63,981 nucleotides of DNA, filler included, from Piptocephalis cylindrospora (GCA_003614145.1; 3 parts of 3 records of this genome joined end to end with filler, not necessarily neighbours in it); one strand, 5' to 3'. Numbered from the whole stretch's first letter, positions 51,269 to 63,663 are shown. The notes: generated by a model not told the origin, from the letters alone. Program-made: numbers and translations.

Positions 51269-51368
51269 NNNNNNNNNNNNNNNNNNNNNNNNNNNNNNNN
51301 NNNNNNNNNNNNTTAATTAATTAANNNNNNNNNNNNNNNNNNNNNNNNNNNNNNNNNNNNNNNNNNNN
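51269..51368. other. Artificial scaffold-joining spacer (N44-TTAATTAATTAA-N44)
   Basis: Same 100-nt design as 25714-25813. Confidence 0.97.
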
Positions 51369-51428
<60 letters not shown>

Positions 51429-51430
51429 GT
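51369..51430. repeat. (GT)n microsatellite at the scaffold start
   Basis: Directly visible; probably the cause of the assembly break. Confidence 0.95.
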
Positions 51431-51526
51431 ATGTATGGGCGTGTGTAGAGTGAGGAGGATGAGGATGATGATCCCATCCCTATGAGTAGGGATGGGTATA
51501 AAAGGATGGATGCATGGGTGCAACCC

Positions 51527-51725
51527 ATACTCTGGATCCGATGGCAGGTTTGCTCTTTATCAACTGACACTGCCATCCGGATTCAGATCCGTATCAATAC
51601 ATCTATTTGCCAGCGATTAGCCTCATCCCTCAGTGAGAACAAGACAACAGTGTCAGCGGAAACCACATAACTGGTATTATTACAGATTTACATATAGGGC
51701 TATTAATAATTTGTGTATTTTGGAT
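51527..51725 (+). ncRNA. Candidate structured non-coding RNA (unassigned; U5-like features)
   Basis: TATA box 30 nt upstream, long 5' hairpin 51531-51587, Sm-site-like U-rich segment 51708-51723, no convincing ORF. The boundaries are guesses. Confidence 0.25.
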
Positions 51726-52275
51726 AAATATCATCAAGGATACGCCGAGACATTGGATTCAAGTCCTGCTCGTCCAAGAGCGTATTTTTCCTCGTACCTT
51801 TCTCCGAGACGTTATTCCTCTGTGGTTCCTGATCACATTTATATGGGTTCTATGAAAAATTTAGGTCTGTTGTTATGTGAGTTCTTAAGATATTTTTTCC
51901 TCGCAAATTATGGCTCTACCTATGTACCAACGTCAAACTATAATCAATAAGGTGTGAGTATTTTCCCTTGTCAAGATACCTAAGATGATTTTTGCATATT
52001 AGCTGCGAGGGCGAGTATTTAATTGGAGACTTGACAAGATCGACCATCAAACACTCCCACCACACTTGCCGGCCATTGAGGCGGGTGTTGTGTTCGGATG
52101 CCCATTTAGCCCACCTCACTAGAGGGGAAAACATAACGGTTTCATTATCACCATCAAACATCCTCACCGGTACGATAAAGAGATATATATATCAGACAGG
52201 CGGAAAGGTTTGCAATATATTTATTCATTAACTCCACTTCACCGGTGGAGAGCAAATAGGGTGCCTCACTTTTGA

Positions 52276-54381
52276 TCACTTATCCCCAAAACGAGAGAGT
52301 AGTGTCATGTCGAGAATTTGGAGTATTTCTTTGATTTGAGAAATCTTGCTGTAATTGACTCCGTATGCTCCCTCAAGTAGGCTATAAGCACGCTCACCAG
52401 ATTCCCGGGTGGAAAGGAGGAATTCTCGACTAACATTTCCCCTACATACATCAATGCATGTCATCTTTATGGTGGTGATGAGAAGGGCATAGTTGGCCCG
52501 GGCTGGGTGATTGGGAGTTTGAAGATTGGGATCATTATTTTGACCCGAGGCAATAGCCTGAGCCATCTCCAGGGCCCCGGTCCAGTCCTCATTGTGCCTG
52601 CACCATGCCATCCAGTGATGTTGCGCAGACACCAATGAGGTGTGTCTAGGGTGAAGAATGGGGCCCAAGGTATCCATTGCTTCCTTGAGCCTCTCTCTGG
52701 AATCGGGTGTACTCGTGTTGCCCTCGTACATGGTTTCCAGCATCTCCTTTCCTCTTTCCCGAACCACTTTTTGATATTTTGGTTGGATCTTCTCAATCCA
52801 TTTAAAATCGAGGCGTGGAATGATCCACGGATGCTCAGATGACTCGAGTCGCTTTGGGTAGGGAATCCAAGCTTCAGTGATATCATACTTTGTTGGGAAA
52901 GAAAATGGGTATGGTTATTAGGTTAATGGTGAATCCTTTAAAAACAACTTCAAAAACGACTTTTAACTTACCACTTTATCCGAGCACACTTTACAGGTAC
53001 AGGTAAACTTGTATCCATCTTGCAGGGACTTGATCCGATCCTCTCTCTTCATCATTGTATCCAAGTAAGAGATGGTCACCTGAGCGCCGTGGAGGGGAAT
53101 GTGATAAGCTCATCATTTCATTTTCTTTTCCAATTCTAGGGTTTAGTCAAGTGGGACCTACCTCTTCTCCTTTACAAATAGGCCATTGTGACCGGATGAT
53201 CAATGTGTCCCCTCGAGGTACGATCGTGCAGGAAGGAAGACAAGAATGATTAAACGTGGATGACTTCAGCCAGAGACCTACGCCAATTTCATTGGCTTGG
53301 TCATCCATTACGCAAAAACAATTGGTTTCCATCTGTACATTGAATTGGTGATGGTGGTGACGGTGGTAGTGGTGGTGAGGGGAGAAGTTGAGCGGGAAGG
53401 GAGTAAGTTTTGTTAATGCTCCACACTCCATTAATGCAAACTTATCCCTCTCTTCATTTTTGGTAATCAAAGTACCTCCCCTCTATTTTAGAGTACACTT
53501 ACCATACTCCAGAGTTCATTACATTCGTTGAAAGATGATGGAAACTCTTCTGGCTTCAAGATGGCCTTTAGGATCATTGAAAGCATTCCATACATTTTTT
53601 CCTCAGCGGCAGTAAATCCATCAGATTCTACTCATTCAATGACCCAAGGTGAATAAGAATTGGCGTGTATATCATAACGGTAAATCATAAACTTACTATG
53701 CAATGACCTCCACACAGCCCTCTATTAAGTCAACCCAAAGGAGAAGGGGCTATCAGCTGGGCTCCACGTCAAAAAGGGGTGGTTAAATGAGCAAAAGACC
53801 TACCTTTCCCTCCTTTGCTTCCCTCCGAAGCATTCGGCCGAGCATACGAGTCCTCGGGGCAGGAAGTGCAGGGACCTTGGGCCAGTAGGGGCATTCATCT
53901 CGATGATCTGACCAGTCATAGCGTTGACATTTCTACATGGAACCAAAATGATGATTTATCGATGGACCGATGGATCATCAGCGTAGTATATGCAATATGT
54001 GAATTGATCGACAACGATAAGGGCCAATTCTTCCTATATCCATAATAGATCATCTTACCTTGGAACAGTAATATATGATACGGCATGCACTGCATCGCAA
54101 ACGCTTTTGAGGATCGAGGCGCTGGAAACATCCACTGCAGTATCGGCCGAGGTGTTCCTCGGTTAAAGCGGCAGCATATGGCTTACTATCACGCAGCAAT
54201 AGCCTCCCTGCTTGGAGTAATTCGTAAGTGATAGCGAGCAAATACAAACATCACGGATCACTCTCTCTAGAGGCCCAAAAGTCCACTGACCTGCTGGGAT
54301 ATCCTCATAGGCCACTACCCCGCGTCCTTTTCCTGGGATTGCCTTGACTCTAATGTCAAATTGCCCTCCGGTAAGTTCCAT
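52276..54381 (-). CDS. SMYD-type SET-MYND lysine methyltransferase
   Basis: GKGRGVVA, MYND CSGC...RCSAC...YYCS, NCF, STFNHSCLP, GEEVTISYLD, post-SET YKFTCTCKVC, helical C-terminal domain with HPARA. Confidence 0.9.
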
Positions 54382-54748
54382 GGCACAAAAGGGGAAAAAG
54401 GGGAGGTATGGCTGGATGTCGGGATGGCAACAGAGTAGTGGGTTGGTTATTTAGACCTTGGGATGTACACCGATTTGATAGAACTGAGGGACATGGTACC
54501 TCGCTTTTAAGTTCTCAGACCGATCAAGCCTGGTTTAGTGCACGCCTATTCCCTAGTCATCCCTTCCCAGTAAACCACATCAACAAAGCCAAACGTTTTG
54601 AGCGTCACTACAACAAATTTCTTACTCTTTTTGCTTTTACTCCTTCTTAGGCCGTCATTTCCTTTCATACTAACTACTTTAGGCATTGGGCTCTCTACCC
54701 TTCACTTCTTTATCCTTCATCCCGTTAACAGCACCTTGACCCTCCAAT

Positions 54749-55615
54749 ATGGATATCCCGCCTAATGCCACCTCCGCTACGCTTCTCGCTGACCTCCAGT
54801 CGGTGATTGGAAAGGCCAACCGGGAACTGAGCAATACGGGACTGGGAGAAGATGAGAGGCGGCAACTAACGCAGCAACGGGATCAGGCTCAGAAGCACCG
54901 TCAAGCCCTTCAATCCTCTGGTGGGGGAGGAGGAAAGCCAACGACAGCCATCACCGCTGCGGCCTTTCGTGCGCTCACGGACCTGAACTTGGCCCTGACC
55001 AACCGGGCTACTCTCATGGCCAAGTCAGCCTCCTCCCGGTCCCTGTCCTCCCACCCGCCCTCTCGGGCTCCCTCCTCCACTGGAGGTCGTGGTGACCATG
55101 ATCGTCTGGCCGTTGTGGCCTCGGGTGGCCCAGGCGGCGCCGCAGCCCAGGCGGCTCAGCATGTCCTGGGGAAGCGAAAGCTCCAGGAGCTTGTTTCCCA
55201 AGTGGACCCCCTTTACCGATTAGAACCTGCGGTGGAGGATCTTTTCCTGGAGGTAGCGGATGAATTTATCGAATCTGTCTCGCACATGGCTTGTCGTCTG
55301 GCCAAGCACCGGCGTGGCGATACCTTGGAGGTTCGGGATGTTCAGATGCATCTTGGTAAGCCGTGGGGATGTGAGATTGGAAAGCCTGGCGTTATCTTGA
55401 TCATGTGTCGAGTCAGCACTCGTTCATTGACACTCTATCCAATCCTTTTTTCCTCGCTATGTGTAGAGAGGCACTGGAATCTTCGTGTGCCAGGCTTTGC
55501 CGCGGATGAAATCCGTAGCTTGCGTCGTCCGGGTAATGTAAGTGTCCACACCCAGAGGCTCAAGGCCATTGCCGAGTCCAAGGCCTCTCGGAAACCCAGT
55601 GGTGGAACCAGCTAG
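54749..55615 (+). CDS. TAF12: TFIID/SAGA subunit TAF12
   Basis: Histone fold VLGKRKLQELVSQVDP...LEPAVEDLFLEVADEFIESV...ACRLAKHR...LEVRDVQMHL/ERHWNLRVPGF. In-frame intron at about 55356-55466. Confidence 0.95.
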   Translation: MDIPPNATSATLLADLQSVIGKANRELSNTGLGEDERRQLTQQRDQAQKHRQALQSSGGGGGKPTTAITAAAFRALTDLNLALTNRATLMAKSASSRSLSSHPPSRAPSSTGGRGDHDRLAVVASGGPGGAAAQAAQHVLGKRKLQELVSQVDPLYRLEPAVEDLFLEVADEFIESVSHMACRLAKHRRGDTLEVRDVQMHLGKPWGCEIGKPGVILIMCRVSTRSLTLYPILFSSLCVERHWNLRVPGFAADEIRSLRRPGNVSVHTQRLKAIAESKASRKPSGGTS

Positions 55616-56537
55616 ATCATAAGAAGAGGAGGCGATGGGGATATGCAGGAAGAAGGCAAGGTGCCTGGGGTATATGCGTGATCTAGAGGGGCAACGGGTG
55701 TGGATAGTAAATGGCTGTATCATTTATATGGGATGGTCTCGCTGTTTGAGATGAACTTAAGCTGTGGGGCCTAGAGTATACGACATTCCATATTGGTCAA
55801 GGATTCATGTACAGGAAGGCGCTCTTTTGTTGCCCTTTCCTCTTAAACGTGCTGATGGCTTTATCCATCTTTCAAAATGTTCCCTCCTTGATCAGTAAAA
55901 TGATTTATCATATCAGCCAATTCCACGTCATTCCTCCAAGGGTGAGAATGGCAGCGCTCGGGCGTACAAAAAATCGGGATTCTCAGGTCCTTTTTACCAG
56001 GGGAAAGGGTCATGGGCTCCTCGATCTGTATTCACTGTATTCTTCTTCTTTTACCAATCTCGGGATCATCATGCCATGATAGTAAAGCGTATGGGTATCT
56101 TACTTGCTTGACCCGTTTTAATATAGCTCCTGGTTAGATATGCTCACTTTGTCCGCTCTTAAATTTGGTATCTCGAACGGCAGTAGCGTATTCTGATTTG
56201 CCTCAGGCTCTCTCTTCCCCTTTTGACGTGGAACCACCAATGAGCTGCGTGCGGAGGTTTTAAATATCACATATGCGATTGACGATTGGCCAAGAGTCCG
56301 AATAGTCCGATCTCCACATCCAGTAGGACTAGCACTATCTCGTGGGCTGATCCTATCCTGCTTTTCCCTCTTTCCTATTAGGACCAGGTCACCTCTCTAT
56401 AAGAGCAAGGGGCTGATCTTGGCATCCAGGTAGGACATATCTCAAGAGAATTCTTTATTTCCTCAACAGTAACCATCCAAAGCCACTTTCCCCTCCCCAT
56501 CTCTCGATTATAACGACCCATTCTTCACCTCTTGATT

Positions 56538-57677
56538 ATGCACCTTTTTCGTCCCCAGTACGTTGTCCTCGTTACTACGATAATTATTGGTATCTCTTGT
56601 GCCCTGGCAATCCCGAAAACCGATTCAGGGTATTTGAACCCTTTATCAGATTCGCCCAAAAAGCCACGTTTCCAATTTCTCCACAATTCACTGACCACAG
56701 TGTCATCCTTGGATATGAAAAAACCACGGTCTTCTGCGTCCACTTCATCACTAGGCTCCGCGTCCACCTCAAGCTCAGGTTCCGCGTCCACTTCAACCTC
56801 AGGTTCCGCGTCCATCCCATCATCTGTATGCTCTATGTCTGCCTTCTTTAAAATGCCCAAAATCCGGGAGCTTCTTTGTCACCTTACGCGGTTAGATAAA
56901 CGCCCGTACTTTTTACCACGGGCATCATCTTCCGCCAACTTCCATGGCTCTCCTCACGCTTCAATAGAGTCACTCGCGTTTGTCACTCGGGAAGAGTGTA
57001 GCCCCATTCTCGGTAAATCCATAGACGACAAATCCAGCATTAAGGGGATTCTTGAGTACCTCGCAGATGTTCCGGGAAATGCTATGGAGACTGATCAGGT
57101 TCATTCTCAAATCGATCCATTGCTATTTAATTCATTGCGAGGTTTCATGGGATATATCACTCGTAATGCCCAAATCCTATCCTCCCCTTATGACCCTCCC
57201 AACCACCCTTCGTGGATCCATCTCCTGTCCTCTAAAAGGGACAAAGGGGCTATGAAAGCCAATGAGCAAACGACACAATTGATCAGCGTTGCGGAAAACA
57301 TTATCCAGTTCCGAAACACGGTACTCACTATCTATTCGGATTCCCGGAGAGAATCTCCTCCTTGGTCTGCCTCAGCCCTTTCAGTCCCTCAGGACAAAAA
57401 GATAAAATATGATCTTACTTCCCATCGCCAGCTCAAGCGATGGAAAAAGGTCCTCATTAAGATCCACCGCACTTCACTTTTTCCAAACGACGCCCTGCCT
57501 TTCTACCTGGATCACATCGACTTTCTTATCCGTTCCTCCCTATTACTTCTTCCCTCTAAAGATCTCCCTCAGGAGCTGGTGGTCTCCCTCGCCACGATAG
57601 CACGGGGACAGGCCGTTAAGGATAAAGTGCGTCTATCCAAGCAGGGCACTTCGTCGCTGAACCTCAAATTGGTATGA
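56538..57677 (+). CDS. Orphan putative secreted protein (signal peptide, Ser-rich repeat)
   Basis: Intronless 379-aa ORF. MHLFRPQYVVLVTTIIIGISCALA-IP looks like a cleavable signal. No domain recognised. Confidence 0.65.
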   Translation: MHLFRPQYVVLVTTIIIGISCALAIPKTDSGYLNPLSDSPKKPRFQFLHNSLTTVSSLDMKKPRSSASTSSLGSASTSSSGSASTSTSGSASIPSSVCSMSAFFKMPKIRELLCHLTRLDKRPYFLPRASSSANFHGSPHASIESLAFVTREECSPILGKSIDDKSSIKGILEYLADVPGNAMETDQVHSQIDPLLFNSLRGFMGYITRNAQILSSPYDPPNHPSWIHLLSSKRDKGAMKANEQTTQLISVAENIIQFRNTVLTIYSDSRRESPPWSASALSVPQDKKIKYDLTSHRQLKRWKKVLIKIHRTSLFPNDALPFYLDHIDFLIRSSLLLLPSKDLPQELVVSLATIARGQAVKDKVRLSKQGTSSLNLKLV

Positions 57678-58022
57678 TGTCCTTTCTCATAACGCATGTA
57701 GACACGACCCTCTCCTTTCACTCTACAAGAGCTCAATATACCAATTTAACTTTTTCCCCCTCTACTCATCTCGGAGAAACTATGTGTAATATCTTGACTT
57801 GAAAAACACTATGTGCAATAACTTGATGTGCGAGCAAATTAATCAGTGGATATATTCAAACACACGCTCTTCCTCGTCGATCCCTCGTACAAGGGGCTGC
57901 CACGATGGCCCCATTCTACCTCTCTCAACGTTCACAGGTAACATGCGTGGCGTAAGTAGCGCAGGCAAATCCCAGAGGAAAAAAAAGGCGATGGAGTATA
58001 GTAAGCTTCATCGTCCCGTCCC

Positions 58023-61000
58023 CTACTGATTTCCGGCCCCATCTTTACTATGTCGAGCCTGCTCCTCTCGCTTCTCCAGCTTGGTGTAGAGGTCCGACAG
58101 CTTCTCCGGCTGGATGGGCGACGGCCAAAAAAGGACGACAAAGGACCACAGCGCCTCCTGCCTCACTCGTCGCCTTTCCTCCAAAATGTACCGACCAATC
58201 TGGAGGATCGCCTTCGTTGTACCCTTAACTTTGGCAGCTGGCTCCGCCGTCGGCGCCTCATCCTGTAGCCAACGAAGATGTTTCTTCACCGGGCGCAGCT
58301 CCTCCTTGCATACGCGGATCTGTTCCTCGGTTAGTGGAGGCAGCTTCTTTGTTTTTGTCTCCTCCTCTCCCAGCTTCTTCGTTACAGACCCTGGGGAAGC
58401 AGTCTGCCTGGGCCGCTTGGTACCTCCTCTCGACCTCTTCACCATCACTTCCTGAGTATCGGGGCTTTCCCTAGCCTTGCGCTTCCCCTGCTGCCGGATC
58501 AGACTCCGTTCCTCCCAATCCTCTCCTCGACCCCGCTTGGAGCCATCGGGGAACCGGCCCTGCAAGAAGCGTAGAACTGCTTCAGCCCGGCGTTGGACGT
58601 TTAGTGCTCTGGGTAAGAGCCCATCCCCACTTCCCGACCCACTCTGAGGGCCAACGTGCATGTATGTCCCCAAACCTAAGTCCTCATCCCCGGCCATAAG
58701 CTCCCATTGACCAAAGCCATGCCGATCTACCCCGACCATCAGCGCTCCGTCCTGCCTGGGGCCCCAGATCGGAGTCCATCCCGTTGGCGCCTTTAGCCAG
58801 TCTCTGCCCCGGACCAGCCTTTCCGCAATGGACTCAGTATCTAATGCGAGGGGAGGGTCAATATATCGTTATCATCTCTTTTCTATCTCTGTCCAGTGTC
58901 TCCCCCAAGATTGACACACAAAAGTAGCTTACCTGGTCCCTCCATATCCTTCTTTAGTCGTAGTAGGAGCTTGGAAAGGAAAGCCAAGTCTCCGCAACGA
59001 CGGAGATGGTGCAAAGCATTAACAGTAACCCCGTGGAAGATAATGGGGACAGCCCGTTCGGCCCTTCTCCCACCCATAGGTCCAACTAGAGCCTCGGTTT
59101 CCTCTCCCGGTCGGATCCTTACCTCAGCCATGGCCCCATCAGCCGGGTCGGATGCTGCCATCTTTAGAGCATCTCTGCATCGGACCCGCAGATCCTGGAG
59201 CGTACCCTGAAGTACTGGGATAGACTTGCCTTGGATGCGTGCATCTCTCAGGACGGCATCCTGCCTCCGGGGATCCTCCAGATCCTCCCCGTATCGCTGC
59301 ACTGCTCGGATAAGCATGCGGACATCCCGTTCGGTTAGGGCATTCTCCCCATTCACCTTTCTCCGTTTCCTCTGTCCCCTTCCCTCCTCATTCGCCGAGG
59401 ACTGCTCCTTTCCTCGTTTCTTGGCCTTGGCCCTACCGCCTCGTTCCTCCTCCTCACTCTCCTCATCCTCCTGGTCTATCTCCTCATAGTAATGTCGGGT
59501 CCGACGTCGTTGTCGGGCTCGGGTCATCCCTACCAGCTTCTTCTCCTCTTCATCCACCCCTTGAATCCCAATCCCCTCACCAATCCCGGGGTCTGTAGAC
59601 CCGCCTCCATTCTTGCCCCTCTCCTCTACTGGGACAATGTCCTCCCAACTGGGCTGGAAATCAGAGACAATGAACTGTTGCATAAAATCACTGGCCATAC
59701 CACCAATAGCTCCACGGCCTCCGGCCCCTGTAACAGCTCCGCTCTCCTCCTGAGCGTTGGTCCTCTCCACCTCCTCAACCCTATCCCGTTCCTCGGCCCG
59801 GGCCAATACTTCATCCAAATCCATCTCCTCCAGGACGCTCTTTTTCCCCTCGTCTCCCTCACCTGTCCCGGTATCATCATCACCCTGGCCAGATGTGTTG
59901 CTGGAAGAGGCAAAGAGGGATTGGGCTCCAAACTTGAGGATGGCATTCCATTCCTCCTTATCCCATCCACCCACCTTCTTTCTGCCTGCTCCCTTGCCCG
60001 TGGCATTGCTGCCCCCTTGGAGGATGCAATACTCCAGGATCATCTTTCTCCTGGCTCGCTCCACCACTTCCTCCTCGATGGTCCCCTTGCTAACGAAACG
60101 ATAGACGTGTACCTCACGCGTCTGGCCAATCCTATGGGCCCGAGCCATGGCCTGGAGATCATTCTGAGGATTCCAGTCGGAATCAAAGATGACCACCGTG
60201 TCAGCCGTCTCCAGATTCAGACCCAGACCTCCGGCGCGCGTACTGAGTAGGAAGCAAAAGTCTGAACTGCCCGGCGCATTAAAGTCAGCAATGGCTCGAC
60301 GTCTCGCCTCTCCACTCACGCTACCATCTAGTCGTTGGTGCTGAATGCCTTTGAGGGCAAGGTAATCGTGGAGGATATCCAGAAGCCGAACCATCTGAGA
60401 AAAAATGAGAACCCGATGGCCATTGTCACGAAGTCGCGTGAGTAACTTGTCCAAGAGGACCATCTTTCCCGAAGACCAGACCAGAGCTCGGAGCATCTGA
60501 TTTCTGCGATCACTGGCGGTTGCGGCCTCTTGAATGGAATCGCCCATTTCAACCTCCTCGGCACCAGGGAAGAGAAAGGGGTGGTTGGCCGCTTTCTTGA
60601 GTTCCATGGCCACGTTGAGCAAGGACATGGTCCGGACTCCACCGCCTCCTTCACCGCTCAGTGAGTCAAAATTCTTGCTGATAATGGCACGATAGTACTG
60701 TTCCTGTAGGGGGGAGAGCTCAACGCGCAAGATCCGCTCGAATTTCCGGGGCATGGAGGTTTCCACATCCTTCTTAACTCGACGGAGCATAAGAGGACCC
60801 AGGGCTTCTCTTAACTCGCGGATACGATCCTCATCCTCATCTCCACCGACTCCACCATTACCCATGCCAACATCGGTGTATGTGTCGGGGGAGAGGAAGC
60901 GGAGGAGAGCATACAGCTCCTCCAAGTTATTCTGCATGGGAGTCCCGGTAATGAGGAGACAGTTGGCGTGGGAGTAGTGAGATACCAGGGTCTCATGGAG

Positions 61001-63663
61001 CTGAGAAGCTGTGTTCTTGAGGCGATGAGCCTCATCGACAGCCAAGTAACTCCAGGGTATCTCCCCAAGGATCGCGCGGTCCTTGAGGACGAGCTCGTAA
61101 GTGGTAAGGAGGACGTTAATCTTTAAGGGTCCATGCCTCCCTTGATCGGAGGGATCCTTGGCCTCAGTCCATTCCTGACCCGACATGCGACGGTGAAGAC
61201 GAGCGGCCTCGGTGGAAGAGTACATATCGAACTCCCGGATGCACCGACGACTCGTGGCATCCCCCACGTACATGACCACATTCATGTCCGGGGCCCATCG
61301 TTGGAATTCCCGGGCCCAAGATCCGATGGTGGAGAGGGGCACGACGACGAGAAAGGCGCCGTATTGTTCTCGTTCGTGCATGAGGTAGGAGAGGCCAGAG
61401 ACAGTCTGAACAGTCTTCCCCAGACCCATTTCGTCGGCCAAGATACCATTACCATTGGAGGCCCAGCGAGAGGCAATCCAGTTGAGGCCGCGGAGCTGAT
61501 AATCCCGGAGCTGGAGGGAATTGTCAGCCTCGGGGTTGCCTAGATAGGCCGGCTGTTCCTTGATCTCCCGATACCGGGGACGACGATCCAGTGGATAGTG
61601 GGTGCTGTTGCTGGGGATTCGAGTGCTTAGCTCTCTGTCCCAAAAGGCCTTAACATGCTCCTTCCCCGTCGTTTTGGGAGTGGAAGGGACTTTAACAGAG
61701 TTTTTGGAGGTATCTGCAATATCATCCTTTTCTCCGTCTACCTTACCCCCCCTCCTCCTCATCGCTGTCATCGTCCTCCACCTCACTCGAGGGTTCCCAA
61801 GTACAGGCCCCGTAGGGAAGGCCCTTCCACTTGCAGAGATACTGCACTTCCACTTCTTTCATCTCCTCATTGTCATACTCCTCCTCTTCCTCCTCATTCC
61901 TCTCGCGGAAGGGGTCAATTCCAAGCTTGGGCATCTCTCTGACACCAATGACGCGTTCAATCTCACAGTACTCGGCTAGTTGACGTCGTTCGAGTTCCCG
62001 ACGAATGTCCAGATGCTCAAGGTCTTCCTGGGTGGTGGAGGCATCCGTCCGTGCTCTCCATTCGTCTTCAACAACGGATCGAATGAAATTGTCGACCTTC
62101 TTTAGACCGGGATAACCGATGAGGCTGTCATATTCCAACCAGGAATCATGACGATGGGACCAGCCCTTCCATTTGATAAAGAACCGGTAGGAGTTCTTTA
62201 AATCATCAGGGTCCATTCCTAGAAGAAGGGAAGAGACAAACAGGGTCGATAAGCATAAATATGAGAAGGTAAATGAGAAGGAATAAGAGAGACGTGCCTG
62301 AAATGAGCTCAAAGTCATGAACACTCTCAATGACTTCGCCTGCAGCAATGTTGCCATCATCGGCCCAGAGATACTTGCCGGGACCATCGACGTCGGTCTC
62401 TCTTGATCGTTTCCGACCCTTTCCGCCCTGTCGATAGCCATCCTCAGAAAGTTGACCCTCACTACCGGACCAAGAATCAGCACTATCCTCATCCTGCTCC
62501 TTGTACTGCAGGGCCGGATGAGCACGCAAGGAGGGTTTTCTGGCGGAAGGAGGACGGCTAGAAGCGGACCGTGCCCCCTCTCCCATCCACTCCTCATCAC
62601 TGGACCCGCTTTCCCAGGAGGGTCTTCTTTTTCGGGCTAGCAGGGGTGTGTAGAGAGGAGGAGATAGAAGATGTGAGATAGGGAATACTAGGAGCGGGTT
62701 GTACCTTCCCACCCATCCATAGAGATTACCTAGCTGTGCTTGAGGTCGGGGTCGAACTGGTTGACGGGGGGCAGAGGCCCGACCAGATTGTCCTTGACCA
62801 TTGTTAGACTTGACCTTCTTTCCCCGGGAGGACTTGCCACGACCCTTACCACCTCCCCCAGCTCGTCGTTTCCGACCAAGGACAAATTCATCATCATCAT
62901 CATCATCGTCCTCCTCCTCCTCCTTTTCAATGTCATCGTCATCGTCAACGATAAAGTCATCATCGTTGTACCCCTCAACCTCTCCATCGCTCATAAGGTA
63001 AACATCCTCATCATCATCAATCTGGACCATCTGCCGATGGGTTCGGTTCTTCGCCTGACCTTTTGATGACCTTTCTCGATAGCCGAGATATTCATCTTGG
63101 TCATCCTCATCATCGGAGGCGATGATACGCCGAGGACCCGGTCTCCTCTTTACTGAGGTAGTGGAGTAGGAGCCGGAGGCGGGCGAGGAAGAATGGGAGA
63201 AGCGAGTATGGTGGACGGTCTCGTGCTCCTGGAGGGTCTCATGCTCCTGCCTTCCACGCAAGCGGCCACTCCGATTGAATTCAGCCTGTAATGACCGAGC
63301 AATCTGTAAGACGGATGCAATAGGATGATGAGGGTGTAAGTGATGAGGAATTTCTTACACTCGCTGTGAAAAATCCATTAGCATACGTACAGCAAAATCA
63401 TCATAGTCATTTGTGGCCTCGGGAGAGGAGGGGGTGGAGGAGGCAGTGGAAGATTGGATAGAAAAGTCACTCAATTCATCGTCATCATCCTCTCCATCGA
63501 AGATCCCGGTATCCCGGGTTTCATCGGTTTTAGCCAATGAGTTATCGTCCAAGGGAGCTTTATTCTCCTTGGGAATATCAGGTCCTGAGGGATCATGAGG
63601 ACTTTGTGGGTTGATGCCGCGGGTTTCGGATTTTGCGGGTATATTTAGGCCCTCGATCGACAT
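58023..63663 (-). CDS. CHD1: Chromodomain-helicase-DNA-binding protein 1
   Basis: Tandem chromodomains (IKWKGWSHRH, YLCKWKGLPYGACTWE), SNF2 motifs ILADEMGLGKT, DEAHRLKN, TGTPMQNN, LLSTRAGGLGLNL, QAMARAHRIGQ, SANT/SLIDE region and C-terminal CHCT (CKEELRPVKK...LWSFV...FWP). Confidence 0.96.

Noticed and set aside
51369..51430. (GT)n as a telomere
   Set aside because: It is a plain dinucleotide microsatellite with no TTAGGG-type units.
51745..51780. GGATTCAAGTCC resembling a tRNA T-arm
   Set aside because: No acceptor, D or anticodon stems can be built around it.
59492..60250. 252-aa plus-strand ORF and many similar antisense ORFs
   Set aside because: These are shadows of the real genes (CHD1, chitinase, ABCG) with no domain features.
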